From: Bacteroidaceae bacterium
GTDB taxonomy: Bacteria > Bacteroidota > Bacteroidia > Bacteroidales > Bacteroidaceae
Assembly: GCA_017958545.1 (NCBI GenBank)
Contig: JAGDCM010000088.1
Location: forward strand, 1,249 to 65,248
DNA: 64,000 bases
Reading direction: 5' to 3'
Shown here: positions 63,205-64,000 of the stretch, piece by piece
Numbering within the stretch: position 1 is the first letter of the stretch
Layout of the letters: every line of letters begins with the position of its first letter
The notes under the pieces: generated by a model
The model's input: only the letters and a program-made list of their open reading frames with translations
The model's database searches: none
What the model was told of the DNA's origin: nothing
Made by a program: the position numbers and the translations under genes

Positions 63205-63232
63205 CAAAATTAGAAAAAAAAGCGTACCTTTG
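63205..63232. promoter_or_regulatory. Bidirectional promoter: two divergent -7 boxes sharing one A8/T8 tract
   Basis: CAAAATTA (rc TAATTTTG, for ispE), G, AAAAAAAA, GCG, TACCTTTG (for the omp gene). Confidence 0.55.
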
Positions 63233-63293
63233 TATAAAATTTAAGTATAATAGTGTTTTATTTATTTATTTTTAACTAAAACAATTCAAAAGT

Positions 63294-64000
63294 ATGAAAA
63301 AGTTTATCTCAGTTTTTGCTTTGGCTCTCGTAGTAATGAGTGTTTCTGCAGAGAACCTTTACAAGGAAAGCAAGTTCTTTGACAACTGGTACGTTGGTAT
63401 CCAAGGTGGCATAGCTTCTCCTGCTGTTGGTCATGCCTTCTGGGGTGATGCCCGTGGTGCTTTCGGTGTAAACGTTGGTAAGCAGCTGACTCCCGTCTAC
63501 GGTTTGGAGTTGGAATACACAGGTGTAATCAACACCGCTTGCTCTAGCGATACTCCAACTCCTTGGGCAAGTCTTCGTAACGGTGGTTATGCTATTGACT
63601 ACTCTGTTCTCACTCTGAACAGCACTTTCAACCTGATGAACCTCTTCGGCGGTTACAAGGGTCAGCCCCGTCTCTTTGAGATTCAGGCTGTAGCCGGTAC
63701 TGGTTGGGGTCACACATTCCTTCCCGGTGCAGATAACGATCAAAACGACATCGTATTCAAGTTCGGTGCTAACTTCAACTTTAATGTTGGCAAGGAAAAG
63801 GCTTGGACTGTAGCTTTGAAGCCTGCCATCGTGTATGATTTCGTCAACAAGAATCTCGCTATGAAGGCTCATGCTGCTCAGATTCAGATCTTTGCCGGTG
63901 TCGCTTACCACTTCAAGAACAGCAACGGCACACACAGCTTTGCTTTCGGTCGCGGTTACGACCAGGCTGAGGTTGACCGTCTGAACGCTACTATCAACGA
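63294..64000 (+). CDS. Outer-membrane beta-barrel (OmpA/Omp41-like) protein; C-terminus beyond the window
   Basis: ATG 63294, open to the window end, so absent from the ORF track. Signal peptide MKKFISVFALALVVMSVSA. Alternating aromatic beta-strand pattern (YVGIQGG, GVNVGKQLTP, LELEY, AGTGWGH, KFGANFNFN). Confidence 0.75.
   Translation, partial: MKKFISVFALALVVMSVSAENLYKESKFFDNWYVGIQGGIASPAVGHAFWGDARGAFGVNVGKQLTPVYGLELEYTGVINTACSSDTPTPWASLRNGGYAIDYSVLTLNSTFNLMNLFGGYKGQPRLFEIQAVAGTGWGHTFLPGADNDQNDIVFKFGANFNFNVGKEKAWTVALKPAIVYDFVNKNLAMKAHAAQIQIFAGVAYHFKNSNGTHSFAFGRGYDQAEVDRLNATIN

Overview
This window is a dense, mostly housekeeping chromosomal segment from a Bacteroidota genome. It looks Prevotella/Segatella-like by content: TAnnTTTG -7 promoter boxes, T9SS-type C-terminal sorting tails, Na+-NQR, methylmalonyl-CoA mutase and serine palmitoyltransferase.

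About 55 protein genes are supported:
- an OmpA/TolB-like protein, a rubredoxin missed by the ORF track, and a YidE-type transporter
- mutA-mutB, a GH35 beta-galactosidase, and an HU/SPOR - FHA - small Cys-rich protein operon
- a DEAD-box helicase and DedA
- a long minus-strand hisH-hisA-hisF-hisI-hisE-ftsE-lysC-lysA string
- a secreted PL1-like pectate lyase, an M13 peptidase and tamB
- nqrABCDEF followed by a C10 cysteine peptidase
- a prephenate dehydratase / aminotransferase / DAHP synthase-chorismate mutase / prephenate dehydrogenase operon
- an MTAN-like nucleosidase, a metal-permease-like protein with an HMA tail, an AGCS symporter and a PAP2 phosphatase
- recF, ribH and gyrA
- a large DUF5112/5113-type sensor kinase plus response regulator, and a UvrD-type helicase
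- a lipid kinase divergent from spt, ispE, and an Omp beta-barrel gene cut by the window end

I saw no rRNA, tRNA, CRISPR array, integrase or transposase. The only clearly accessory patch is about 25.8-27.4 kb. It holds a decayed AbiEii-type toxin/antitoxin pair, roughly 600 nt of noncoding sequence and a repeat-rich hairpin element.

I did not find a convincing novel multi-gene system such as a defence island. The most noteworthy signals are at sequence level:
1. A rubredoxin-like CxxC...CPxCG zinc ribbon is fused to the cytoplasmic N-terminus of NqrC.
2. Three in-frame stop codons sit at structurally telling positions: TGA between the signal peptide and body of the M13 peptidase, TAG at codon 7 of tamB, and TAA exactly at the hisI|hisE junction.
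3. A family of heptanucleotide tandem arrays (CTCTAAA / TCTTAAC / CCATTGA) forms the intercistronic spacers of minus-strand operons. One copy is embedded in frame in the pectate lyase gene.
4. The aromatic amino-acid operon has a leader with operator-like repeats plus mutually exclusive terminator and antiterminator hairpins.
5. Strong Shine-Dalgarno-like GGAGG motifs occur only inside the nqr operon.
6. A perfect 16-bp hairpin covers one candidate start codon of the sensor kinase.

All family assignments are from motif recognition by eye. No database search was possible.
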